64,000 nucleotides of DNA from assembly GCA_037076615.1 (NCBI GenBank), contig AP029158.1:197470-261469 (forward strand), given 5' to 3'. The notes beneath the pieces are model-generated. The model saw nothing but the letters and a program-made list of their open reading frames with translations. It was not told the origin of the DNA and searched no databases. Positions 20,853-28,915 of the stretch are shown one piece after another (within the stretch, counting starts at the first letter, position 1; each line of letters opens with the position of its first letter). The position numbers and the translations under genes are program-made. The DNA comes from Candidatus Parcubacteria bacterium. GTDB lineage: Bacteria > Patescibacteriota > Patescibacteriia > Patescibacteriales > UBA12465.

Positions 20853-21584
20853 ATGAAAAAATTAATTTTAGCAAATTGGAAAATGCAGCTCTCTTTTAAA
20901 GAGAGTGAAAAGTTAGCTAAAGATTACCGGGTAAAAATTAAAAACTCTGTTGCCGAACTTGGCGTGTTGCCGGATTTTAGCGCCTTAGAAACAGTTTGCC
21001 GCCATTTGCCGTCTAAAGTTTTTAAATTGGGAGCGCAGGATGTCGCTCCTTATATAAAAGGTGCTTATACCGGCGAGGTTAGTGCTGCTTCACTTAAACA
21101 GCTAGGGGCCAAATATGTCTTAGTCGGTCACAGTGAGCGTCGCCAAGAGTTTAAAGAAAATTCTCCTCTACTACGTTTAAAAGTTCAAGCTGCTCTTGAG
21201 GCCGGTTTAGTTCCGATTTTATGTATTGGTGAAAACGCCACTCAGAAAAAAAATGGCCAAACAGTCGCAGTTTTAAGACGACAATTAGAGGAAGTATTAT
21301 TTGGTTTAGTGATAGAAAAAGATAATGCTTTAGTGGTTGCCTATGAGCCTTTATGGGCAATCGGCAGTGGTCAACCCCTAGAGGCTTCTCAGGCGGAAGC
21401 AATTCAGGTAATGATTAAGGGGGTTTTAGCTAATTTAATCGGTCGCTTTCCCCGCGTTATTTATGGCGGTAGCGTCAACGCCAAAAATGCTGCGGACTTT
21501 TTAGAATGGCCTAATATAGACGGGCTTTTAGTTGGCGGCGCTAGTCTAAGAGCTGATGAATTTAAAAAAATTATTGGTGCTTAA
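20853..21584 (+). CDS. tpiA: Triose-phosphate isomerase (catalytic residues intact)
   Basis: ANWKM (Asn/Lys), VGHSERR (His), YEPLWAIGSG (Glu), YGGSV. Confidence 0.93.
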   Translation: MKKLILANWKMQLSFKESEKLAKDYRVKIKNSVAELGVLPDFSALETVCRHLPSKVFKLGAQDVAPYIKGAYTGEVSAASLKQLGAKYVLVGHSERRQEFKENSPLLRLKVQAALEAGLVPILCIGENATQKKNGQTVAVLRRQLEEVLFGLVIEKDNALVVAYEPLWAIGSGQPLEASQAEAIQVMIKGVLANLIGRFPRVIYGGSVNAKNAADFLEWPNIDGLLVGGASLRADEFKKIIGA

Positions 21585-21594
21585 ATAAAAGTAT

Positions 21595-22551
21595 ATGAAT
21601 TGGCCTTTACTTATTTTAATTCTTATTCTCATCGCGTTGGCAATCATTATTGTAATTGTCGTGCGCAAGTTTCCGGCCTTAGCAATTTTAGATGTGGAGA
21701 ATATCCCCGGCGAAAAGGAATCGCGCTTTAAAAAAGACATGATTAAAAAACGTTTAGACCGAGATTTGTCGCAGTGGAGTGGTTTTTTTGGAAGATTCTT
21801 ATTGTTTTTAAAAAAGAATTTTTCCGATCCTCTCTATAAGGCCTATGATAATTTAAAGCAACAGCGCCGACGCAGCCGCCGGGGGAGAAAGTTAAGCTTA
21901 AGTCAGCGTCGGGAAAGAATTCAAGAATTATTCGTGGCCGCTAAGGAAAATTTAGAAAAGGAAGAGCTGGAGTGGGCTGAAGAAGCTTTAATTGAAATCA
22001 TTGGTCTGGAATCTAAAAATTTAGACGCCTTCTGGATGTTGGCTGATGTTTATAGTGAAGGAAAGCGTTGGGCTGAAGCCCATTCGACTTTAGAGCATGC
22101 TCTGAAGTTGTATCGCAGCTTGAAGTGGTCTTATCCTTCTAATTCCGAAATTAGCCGTCAAAAAATATATTTTGAGATGGCCTTAATCAGTAAAAGTTTG
22201 GGCGCTAATTTAAGATCCTTTGATGAAGTCCAGGAGGCCTTGGAGTTAGAACCGAATAACCCCCGCTATTTAGATTTAGCGGTGGAGTTAGCGATTGCCG
22301 TGGATAAAATAAATTTGGCTAAAGATTTTGTTTTGCGCCTTAAACAAGCTAACCCGGATAATGCTAAGGTGGCGGAATGGGAACAAATGTTTAGTCTAGC
22401 TGGGGAAATGCTGGCTGCCCAAAAAAGCGAGACGGGAAAGGTGGTAGAAGAGTTGGAATTACCTTTAACTGATAAAAATAGCGAACCTGAGGCCCCAGGG
22501 ACTCCCGATCCTGGGAAAGAGAATGAGCCGGGAATCCCTGACCCCTCTTAA
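21595..22551 (+). CDS. N-terminally anchored TPR-like repeat protein
   Basis: TM helix LLILILILIALAIIIVIVV, a basic linker, then helical repeats resembling TPR (AEEALIEIIGLESKNLDAFWMLADVY..., ALELEPNNPRYLDLA). Confidence 0.65.
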   Translation: MNWPLLILILILIALAIIIVIVVRKFPALAILDVENIPGEKESRFKKDMIKKRLDRDLSQWSGFFGRFLLFLKKNFSDPLYKAYDNLKQQRRRSRRGRKLSLSQRRERIQELFVAAKENLEKEELEWAEEALIEIIGLESKNLDAFWMLADVYSEGKRWAEAHSTLEHALKLYRSLKWSYPSNSEISRQKIYFEMALISKSLGANLRSFDEVQEALELEPNNPRYLDLAVELAIAVDKINLAKDFVLRLKQANPDNAKVAEWEQMFSLAGEMLAAQKSETGKVVEELELPLTDKNSEPEAPGTPDPGKENEPGIPDPS

Positions 22552-22625
22552 AAGACTTGAATAATTTAACTAAATAATTTATTATAGAACGCAGTTAGCG
22601 TTTCCTGGCTAATTTTTAATTTTCG

Positions 22626-22698
22626 GCCGTTTTAGCTCAGTTGGTAGAGCATCTCCATGGTAAGGAGAAGGTCTCGAGTTCGAATCTCGAAAACGGCT
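22626..22698 (+). tRNA. tRNA-Thr (anticodon GGU)
   Basis: Folded by hand: acceptor gccgttt/aaacggc, D arm gctc-agttggta-gagc, anticodon stem tctcc/ggaga with loop atGGTaa, T arm tcgag-ttcgaat-ctcga. CCA is not encoded. Confidence 0.9.
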
Positions 22699-22703
22699 CA
22701 TTT

Positions 22704-22732
22704 AACCGCCTCAATATCAGGGCGGTTTTTTC
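22704..22732 (+). terminator. Rho-independent terminator after tRNA-Thr
   Basis: aaccgcc ... ggcggtt hairpin followed by a T-run. Confidence 0.65.
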
Positions 22733-22738
22733 TTAATA

Positions 22739-22767
22739 TTGACAAAAATAGCAAAATATTATATAAT
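22739..22767 (+). promoter_or_regulatory. Consensus sigma70-type promoter (TTGACA-17-TATAAT)
   Basis: ttgaca at 22739-22744, a 17-nt spacer, tataat at 22762-22767. It lies ~65 nt upstream of the 22834 CDS. Confidence 0.6.
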
Positions 22768-22833
22768 GGTGGCATCTAAATGTGGAAAGCGTTTAGTCAA
22801 AAATTCGTAAATTAACAATAAGATAGATAAAAA

Positions 22834-23895
22834 ATGAAAACAAAACTTTTTTTTGGAACTGCGCCCGCTAGAGAAAGACCTGATTTTCGTGTAAAAAGGC
22901 ATGTATTTATCATGGTCTGGGGCATTGTCGCCGTTATTTTAACGGTCGCAATACTTCTCGTTGTTTGGAGTTTATTAGCTTTAGGGGTTCTTCCGTCAGG
23001 AGGATGGTACTTGACGTTATTGGTGCCCATTATTCTTTTTGCAACAATCTGGAATCGGCGCATCAAGGTGCCACCACGTTGGGAGTATGTTTGGGAGTGG
23101 GGCGGAGCCATTGGTGAGCCGTTAATTTCCGGTTGGTATTTTGTGCCGCGGATATTTGGTCTGTTTCGTTTAGTTGGCAAAGTGCCAATGTATGATCAGT
23201 TTATAAATATTATTAGTGGCGACCGGGAAGATATTGGCAAAGATTTAGTGGAGAGCCATCCCTATGGAACGAAGAGTGATATCGAGCCCAAAAGTGGGGC
23301 GGTGGTAAAGATGATTTATTCGCTGCGAGTAAAATGTGAAGATTCGGCTGCAGCGATTTACAAAATGGATGATCCATTTTCTTATATCGCTCTCAGTGTT
23401 GAAAAAAAAGTGGTGGAATTTGCCAAGACTATAGACAGTGAATCTTTAGGTGACCGGTTTAATAGCCATGATTGGCAGGCCAAAATTGATTCGCTAGCGT
23501 CCGACATTAAAGAGAGTACTGGATTTATGGTTTTGGAGTTAATCCCGCAAGACATTATTAACACTCCGGAAGTGCAGTCTTTACGTAATCAGGTTGGGGA
23601 GCAACAGTTACGTGGTGAGCTTCTAGAGGCTGAGCTTCTAAACAAAGAAAAAGAAGTAAAAATTGCCAGTAAGGATAACACTATTAAGGCTTCGCGCTTA
23701 AAAGTGTTGAGTGAAACTTTAGGTGATTCGGAACTGGCGGCTGATGTTTGGAAGGCTGAAGTCCGCGCTGACTCAATAAAAGAGGCGGCTAAAAATAAGA
23801 ATTTAATTCTGATGGATGCCGATGTGAATGAGTCTTTAACCAGGAGTGCCGCTAGAGCCTCTTTAAGAAAAAGATCAATAGAAGAAGATGAATAA
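22834..23895 (+). CDS. SPFH/band-7-like membrane protein with a C-terminal coiled coil
   Basis: Two N-terminal TM helices, then PRWEYVWEWGGAIGEPLISGWYFVPRIFGLFRLVGKVP... resembling the SPFH core, followed by a long E/K/L-rich helix. The family call is by eye only. Confidence 0.5.
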   Translation: MKTKLFFGTAPARERPDFRVKRHVFIMVWGIVAVILTVAILLVVWSLLALGVLPSGGWYLTLLVPIILFATIWNRRIKVPPRWEYVWEWGGAIGEPLISGWYFVPRIFGLFRLVGKVPMYDQFINIISGDREDIGKDLVESHPYGTKSDIEPKSGAVVKMIYSLRVKCEDSAAAIYKMDDPFSYIALSVEKKVVEFAKTIDSESLGDRFNSHDWQAKIDSLASDIKESTGFMVLELIPQDIINTPEVQSLRNQVGEQQLRGELLEAELLNKEKEVKIASKDNTIKASRLKVLSETLGDSELAADVWKAEVRADSIKEAAKNKNLILMDADVNESLTRSAARASLRKRSIEEDE

Positions 23896-24523
23896 GATGA
23901 GAACCGTAGTGCCGCAAGGGGCAAACTCTTCCGAAGAAGGGGCTACCCCAACAGTTTCAAGCAGTGGTGATAATAATGTGGGCATTAAAAAAGTTGCTTT
24001 TTATCTTTTGCCGTTGCTGGTTTTTTTGCTAGTGTGGATAATTTTATCTCACTATAATGTGCTTTTCTTTTGGAAGTTGCTGGCCGCCACTCTAATTTCT
24101 TCTTTTAGTCCTAATTTGTTTAAAAATATTTTAGGGGTAGGGAAGCAAGGGGACGGTAAAGGCAAAGCTGTTGTTTCTGCCAATATTCCGGTGGGAATAA
24201 TTTGGGGCTTATTTTTCCTAATTCTGGTTAGTCATTATGCCGTTCCGAAGGAAAATTTAAGTGCTGAGAAGCCAAGAGAAAAAAATGGCATTGTCAGGCA
24301 GGCTGGTGTTTTAGAAAATGTTGATGATGTTTGGATTATCGATAACATTTTTTACGACGGTGATGCCCTGGATATTGAAGTTACGGGAGGGGCCGTGGAA
24401 ATGATTAGTGGCCGAGTGTTTACTCCCGGGAAGCACCAGGAGACAATAACCGGCAATGGCAGCATTGGCTTTAAAGCCCTAACCAATACACCGACAAAAG
24501 TTCGGGTTTGGTTTAGAGAATAA
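23888..24523 (+). CDS. Hypothetical multi-TM protein with a C-terminal soluble beta-rich domain
   Basis: ATG overlaps the upstream stop by 8 nt (gaagATGaaTAAgatg), suggesting translational coupling. It has three hydrophobic segments. Confidence 0.6.
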   Translation: MNKMRTVVPQGANSSEEGATPTVSSSGDNNVGIKKVAFYLLPLLVFLLVWIILSHYNVLFFWKLLAATLISSFSPNLFKNILGVGKQGDGKGKAVVSANIPVGIIWGLFFLILVSHYAVPKENLSAEKPREKNGIVRQAGVLENVDDVWIIDNIFYDGDALDIEVTGGAVEMISGRVFTPGKHQETITGNGSIGFKALTNTPTKVRVWFRE

Positions 24524-24529
24524 TAATAA

Positions 24530-24557
24530 GGCGAGTAGTAATTACTCGCCTTTTTTT
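24530..24557 (+). terminator. Rho-independent terminator
   Basis: ggcgagta-gtaat-tactcgcc hairpin followed by T7. Confidence 0.75.
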
Positions 24558-24595
24558 ATTATTTATAGTAAAATATCAGTAACAATTAAAATTTT

Positions 24596-24991
24596 ATGAA
24601 GAAAATTTTTAGTGTAATTTTTTTATTTGTTTTTGGCCTTAATCTTTTGCTATTGCCAGCTTTAGGCAGCGCCACTACGCCTGCCAGCAGCACTCCCAGA
24701 AATAGTGGTGGTAGCACTGCTGCACCAAAAGAATTGCCCAATCCTCTCGGGACTGACAACCCTAATATTTTAGTAGGCAATATTATTAATTTCATCTTAG
24801 GTTTTGTTGGTACCATCGCCTTAGTTTTATTTATATACGGCGGCTTTACTTGGATGTTATCAGCGGGCTCTCCAGACAAGGTTAAGAAAGGGAAGAATAT
24901 TATTGTTTGGGCAGTTATTGGCTTATTCGTAGTCTTTACCGCCTATATTCTAGTCCGCTTTGTTATTCAGGGTGTGACCGGGATTGCCTAG
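24596..24991 (+). CDS. TrbC/VirB2-like type IV secretion system pilin (CPR-type 'T4SS pilin' family)
   Basis: Signal peptide, then NPLGTDNPNILVGNIINFILGFVGTIALVLFIYGGFTWMLSAGSPDKVKKGKNIIVWAVIGLFVVF. This is two TM helices around an SAG-P-x-K-x3-GK loop, the layout of Pfam T4SS_pilin (PF18895) as I recall it. Confidence 0.65.
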   Translation: MKKIFSVIFLFVFGLNLLLLPALGSATTPASSTPRNSGGSTAAPKELPNPLGTDNPNILVGNIINFILGFVGTIALVLFIYGGFTWMLSAGSPDKVKKGKNIIVWAVIGLFVVFTAYILVRFVIQGVTGIA

Positions 24992-25024
24992 TTAAAGATA
25001 TTTAACTTTCCTTGATATTAAATT

Positions 25025-25045
25025 AAGCCCCGACTAACGGGGCTT
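25025..25045. terminator. Hairpin after the pilin gene
   Basis: aagccccg-actaa-cggggctt, an 8-bp stem with a weak T tract. Confidence 0.45.
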
Positions 25046-25053
25046 AAAATTGT

Positions 25054-25082
25054 TTGACAGTTGGTGTATTTTTCTTTATATT
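25054..25082 (+). promoter_or_regulatory. Sigma70-type promoter for tRNA-Tyr (TTGACA-17-TATATT)
   Basis: ttgaca at 25054-25059 and tatatt at 25077-25082. The tRNA starts 17 nt downstream. Confidence 0.6.
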
Positions 25083-25098
25083 GGAAACAGTGTTTTGC

Positions 25099-25182
25099 GG
25101 GTCGATACCGAAGCGGTCAACCGGGACAGACTGTAAATCTGTTGGCCTTGCGCCTTCGTAGGTTCGAATCCTACTCGGCCCA
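25099..25182 (+). tRNA. tRNA-Tyr (anticodon GUA), long variable arm
   Basis: Acceptor gggtcga/tcggccc (one U-G pair), anticodon stem acaga/tctgt with loop ctGTAaa, variable arm tggccttgcgccttc, T arm gtagg-ttcgaat-cctac. Confidence 0.9.
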
Positions 25183-25360
25183 CCCTAAAAAAGCGTCATT
25201 TTGGCGCTTTTGTGTTATAATTAAGGCGATTAAAATATTTAAATTATCTTTATGAAGCTAATGGATCCGGACAACATGGGGTACAGCTTTATTAGAATCT
25301 TTGCGATTGAGTTTCTTATTTTAGGGTTAATTATTGGGGCCATTTTAAGTCTTTAAGCGC

Positions 25361-26230
25361 ATGCCTGAATTACCAGAAGTAGAAACAGTCAGGCGCGATT
25401 TGGTCAAGGTTTTGCTAGGAAAAAAAATTACGGCCCTGAAAGTTTTTGCGCCGACAACGGTTAAACCCAGCGCCGCTACTTTTATTAAAAAACTGAAAGG
25501 GCTGTCCTTTGCTGATCTTAATCGTCGCGGCAAGCTTTTAATTTTTGAGTTAAACCAACCCGATCTTTTTTTGTTGATTCATCTTAAAATGACGGGCCAG
25601 TTAATTTATCTGTCGCCTAAGACGGCAATTACTGGCGGACACAGCTTCTCCCAAGAAGAAAGAAGCCGGTCTTTCCCTAACCAACACACCCGCGTGAGCT
25701 TGACTTTTGAAGACGGCGGACGATTATTCTTCAATGACTTACGAAAATTTGGCTACCTGCGGCTAGTGGATACTAAAACGCTGGAGCAAATAATCGCCAA
25801 TAATTATGGGCCGGAGCCACTGGATAAAAGTTTTACTCAGAAGGGGCTGTCGTTAAATTTAAAGAAGAGCCAGCGGAGTGTTAAAGCGGTTTTATTAGAT
25901 CAAAAAATAATTGCCGGTTTGGGTAATATTTATGTAGATGAATCTTTATTTGCCGCCGGTATCAGGCCGATCCGGACTGCCAATTCTTTAAAACCGGTTG
26001 AAGTTTCCCAATTATTTAAAGCGATTCCCAGAATCTTGAAAAAATCTTTAAGATATCGAGGGACCACTTTCCGTAATTATTTAGATAGTAGCGGTCAAAA
26101 AGGGAACTTCTCTGAAAAATTGCAAGTTTATGGTCGCGGTGGTCAAAAATGCTATCAGTGTGGAAATACAATTGAAAAGATTCGGGTCGCGGGGCGAGGA
26201 ACTCACTATTGCCCCCAGTGCCAGAAATAA
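25361..26230 (+). CDS. mutM: Formamidopyrimidine-DNA glycosylase
   Basis: MPELPEVETVRR N-terminus (Pro2/Glu3), RRGKLL, H2TH region, C-terminal zinc finger CYQCGNTIEKIRVAGRGTHYCPQCQ. Confidence 0.93.
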   Translation: MPELPEVETVRRDLVKVLLGKKITALKVFAPTTVKPSAATFIKKLKGLSFADLNRRGKLLIFELNQPDLFLLIHLKMTGQLIYLSPKTAITGGHSFSQEERSRSFPNQHTRVSLTFEDGGRLFFNDLRKFGYLRLVDTKTLEQIIANNYGPEPLDKSFTQKGLSLNLKKSQRSVKAVLLDQKIIAGLGNIYVDESLFAAGIRPIRTANSLKPVEVSQLFKAIPRILKKSLRYRGTTFRNYLDSSGQKGNFSEKLQVYGRGGQKCYQCGNTIEKIRVAGRGTHYCPQCQK

Positions 26231-26343
26231 GTTTAATTCTTGACGGCAGCCTATTTTTTGGGTATCCTTGGGGTGTTAGAATAAATAATTAAGTGAACAG
26301 TGGCGCCTATTTTCGTTACCTTGATAGGGGCCGGACTACTTCT

Positions 26344-26499
26344 ATGGCTAATGACAATTTGATTAAGTTGGAATGCACGGAGTGCAAGAAAGTCAACTAT
26401 TTCTCCAAGAAAAATAAAAAGACTCTAAAAGGGCGCTTGGAAATGAAAAAGCATTGTCCGACTTGCGGGACGCATACACTCCACAAAGAAACCAAATAA
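26344..26499 (+). CDS. rpmG: 50S ribosomal protein L33
   Basis: [51 protein letters not shown], with a CxxC...CxxC zinc ribbon. Start moved to ATG 26344. Confidence 0.9.
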   Translation: MANDNLIKLECTECKKVNYFSKKNKKTLKGRLEMKKHCPTCGTHTLHKETK

Positions 26500-26549
26500 C
26501 AAAGATCAGTCATCCCGCTCTTTCGCGGGATGATTTTATTTTTAATTAT

Positions 26550-27791
26550 ATGACGGAAAAACAAACAAATGCCAACACGGTTAAATTTAATAATTTTTCA
26601 AGATGGTTTTTAATTTTTCTGGTCGTGGCCGCTCTGGCAGCAACCCTTTATGTTTTTAAGCCTTTTCTGATAGATATTGCCATTGCCGCAGTTTTGGTAA
26701 CAATTTTTTATAGGCCCTATTTAAAATTAACTAAATTTTTAAAAGGTCACCGACGGACCGCCTCCTTTTTGATGTGTTTGATTTTGTTAGTGATTATTAT
26801 TCTGCCGACTATTAATTTAATCATTTATACCGCTAACAAATCGGTATTGGGCTATAACGACGCAGTTCTTTATTTTGAAAATAATAGCTTTTCTCAAACT
26901 CTTAGCCATCCGGTGATTGAGCGCTTGAATTTAAGTTATCTCTTTTCTGACATTAAGGATAATAACTTGATAAACAATACCATGCTGGACTTTCTAAAAG
27001 GGTTTAGCAATACTTTAATCGCCGCCGCTAAAAGTTTAGTGGTCGGAACAACCAGTTTTATTGTTTCGCTGGTGGTAATTATTTTTACAATGTACTTTTT
27101 CTTTATTGACGGTGAGAAATTACTACGCTATCTAACCTATCTTTTACCTCTTAAAGAAAAATATACCAAAGAAATCTTCAAAAAATTCCACGAGATTAGC
27201 TCGACAACTATTGTGTCAACCTTTGTGGCGGCTTTAGTTCAGGGAACAGTCGGGGCGATCGGCTTTGGAATTGTTGGTTTTCCGGCTTTCTTGGCGGGGA
27301 TCATTATCGCTTTTTTGTCATTAATGCCGGTTTTAGGTTCAGCCCTTTTCTATGCCCCCGTTGGTCTCTATTATTTGCTGGTGGGGCAGATTTGGCAGGG
27401 GGTTTTTGTTCTGCTCTGGGGCTTCTTAATTATCGGCACGGTGGATAATGTCGTTCGGGCGCTGATGATTAAAGATAAGGCGCAGATTAATCCAATTTTC
27501 GTGATCCTCTCCATTTTGGGTGGTATTGCCGTTTTTGGTTTTTGGGGCGTTGTTCTCGGCCCCTTAATTGTTTCTTTGCTAGTAACGATTCTTCATATTT
27601 ATAGTTTAGAGTTTGCGACGGAGTTAAAAGCGGAGAATAAAAATCAGGATATTCCACCTCAAGAAAGTACGCGTTTAGATAATCCCCTATTAAGTGATCT
27701 CCTTGATTATTTAATAAAGACGCCCAAAAATGATCGTGATAATAAACGCTTAAAAAAAGTTGAAGAAAAGGAGTCAGTGGAAGATAAATAA
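26550..27791 (+). CDS. AI-2E family (PerM/YdiK-like) transporter
   Basis: About 8 TM segments with a conserved C-terminal half (LSLMPVLGSALFYAPVGLYYLL..., GTVDNVVRALMI). Start moved to ATG 26550, downstream of the rpmG stop and a hairpin (atcccgc/gcgggat). Confidence 0.8.
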   Translation: MTEKQTNANTVKFNNFSRWFLIFLVVAALAATLYVFKPFLIDIAIAAVLVTIFYRPYLKLTKFLKGHRRTASFLMCLILLVIIILPTINLIIYTANKSVLGYNDAVLYFENNSFSQTLSHPVIERLNLSYLFSDIKDNNLINNTMLDFLKGFSNTLIAAAKSLVVGTTSFIVSLVVIIFTMYFFFIDGEKLLRYLTYLLPLKEKYTKEIFKKFHEISSTTIVSTFVAALVQGTVGAIGFGIVGFPAFLAGIIIAFLSLMPVLGSALFYAPVGLYYLLVGQIWQGVFVLLWGFLIIGTVDNVVRALMIKDKAQINPIFVILSILGGIAVFGFWGVVLGPLIVSLLVTILHIYSLEFATELKAENKNQDIPPQESTRLDNPLLSDLLDYLIKTPKNDRDNKRLKKVEEKESVEDK

Positions 27792-27802
27792 AATTTTTAA
27801 TT

Positions 27803-28639
27803 ATGTACGGTTTAAAAATTTTAGGAAAAATTGAATTGCCGGAGAAGAAAATCCGCCCCGAGGAATATCGGCCATTTTTGGAAAAAAAGTTAGCGACGCG
27901 TAGTCAGGAAATAAATGAACATTGGGGGCTAGATTTTTTAGATAATGAAGGGGCGATAAAAATTCCGGAAGCGGAAGAGACGGCCAAGGACCGACAATTT
28001 GTTTCTGATCGGGAAGAGGAGTGGGCAATTTATAAACACCAAACGGTGTCAGAGTGGCAAGCGACTCGCGCGAAAAATCCCTCTTTAATTGCGGAAATGG
28101 CCGTGACTTTATCTTTGTCACGCCAGCTAGGCGATCGCTTTATTGTGGCGCGCGCCTCGAGCTATGACGATTATCGTTATGGCGTTGATAACTTATTGAT
28201 TGACAGGGAAAGTGGCGCCGCGGTTTGCGGTTTTGATGATGTTTTAGGTTTTACGGGTGACGATGGTGGCAGCAAGAAGCAGAAGAAAATGGAAAAATCT
28301 TTAGTAGCCGGCGGCAGTCGGGTTAAGTATGGGGCAACAGTTAGTGACGGGCGTCTGCGACGCCAAGCCTTAGAGCATTTGCCGACTTTTTATCTGTCGC
28401 TCTCTAAGCAAGAATTAGATGATCTCTTAAAAGATTTAAAAGCCGGCGAGGCCGTTACCGAGAAAGAGCGGGCGCTGGGAAATAAATTAATTACCTCATT
28501 GTCTGAGCAGAGGGAAGCGGCTCAAGATATTGCCACTAACCCCAAGCTTCAAGAAAATCTCAATCGTTTTCAGGAATCACTTTTGGCGATGGAGTCTTTA
28601 ATAAATAAAACTGAGCCGGAGTCAGGGGTGGCGGAATAA
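27803..28639 (+). CDS. Hypothetical protein (278 aa)
   Basis: Long ORF with host-like composition. No recognisable domain. Confidence 0.65.
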   Translation: MYGLKILGKIELPEKKIRPEEYRPFLEKKLATRSQEINEHWGLDFLDNEGAIKIPEAEETAKDRQFVSDREEEWAIYKHQTVSEWQATRAKNPSLIAEMAVTLSLSRQLGDRFIVARASSYDDYRYGVDNLLIDRESGAAVCGFDDVLGFTGDDGGSKKQKKMEKSLVAGGSRVKYGATVSDGRLRRQALEHLPTFYLSLSKQELDDLLKDLKAGEAVTEKERALGNKLITSLSEQREAAQDIATNPKLQENLNRFQESLLAMESLINKTEPESGVAE

Positions 28640-28694
28640 TTTCTTGCCAACTGAGAAAAGAATTAGTAGAATACAGAGAGTTTAAAAAAACAAT

Positions 28695-28765
28695 GCGGGC
28701 GTCGTATAGTGGTAGTACAGGGGTCTCCAAAACCTCTAGCGTGGGTTCGATTCCTACCGCCCGTG
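28695..28765 (+). tRNA. tRNA-Trp (anticodon CCA)
   Basis: Acceptor gcgggcg/cgcccgt (G1-U72), anticodon stem ggggt/acctc with loop ctCCAaa, T arm gtggg-ttcgatt-cctac, discriminator G. Confidence 0.85.
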
Positions 28766-28915
28766 CGTTGATTAAATCGTGTAAAGTGACCCAGAAGCCG
28801 AGCTTTTTGAGGTTCATTCCCAAAGAGGTAAAATACCTCGCGGGGAATAGAAAAAGGGAAGCTTTTAATAAGGCGGCTGGTTGCTTAAGACCAGCTGTTT
28901 TATTTAGCTAAAAGT

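Noticed and set aside
25061-25255. ORFs overlapping tRNA genes (25061-25255 over tRNA-Tyr, 28693-28911 over tRNA-Trp, 55004-55204 over tRNA-Val, 37476-37760 next to tRNA-Arg, 28560-28823 minus)
   Set aside because: They are explained by the tRNA genes and flanking non-coding DNA, and their translations are not protein-like.
26454-26549. Upstream start (26454) for the AI-2E transporter, overlapping rpmG
   Set aside because: It would overlap the L33 coding sequence and read through a hairpin. ATG 26550 (MTEKQTN...) gives a normal N-terminus directly before the first TM helix.
28766-28915. attL-type direct repeat of the tRNA-Trp 3' end at the far side of the island
   Set aside because: I searched by eye for ggttcgattcctaccgcccg-like sequence in 35500-35990 and found none. 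That fits serine-recombinase integration but leaves the island borders undefined.
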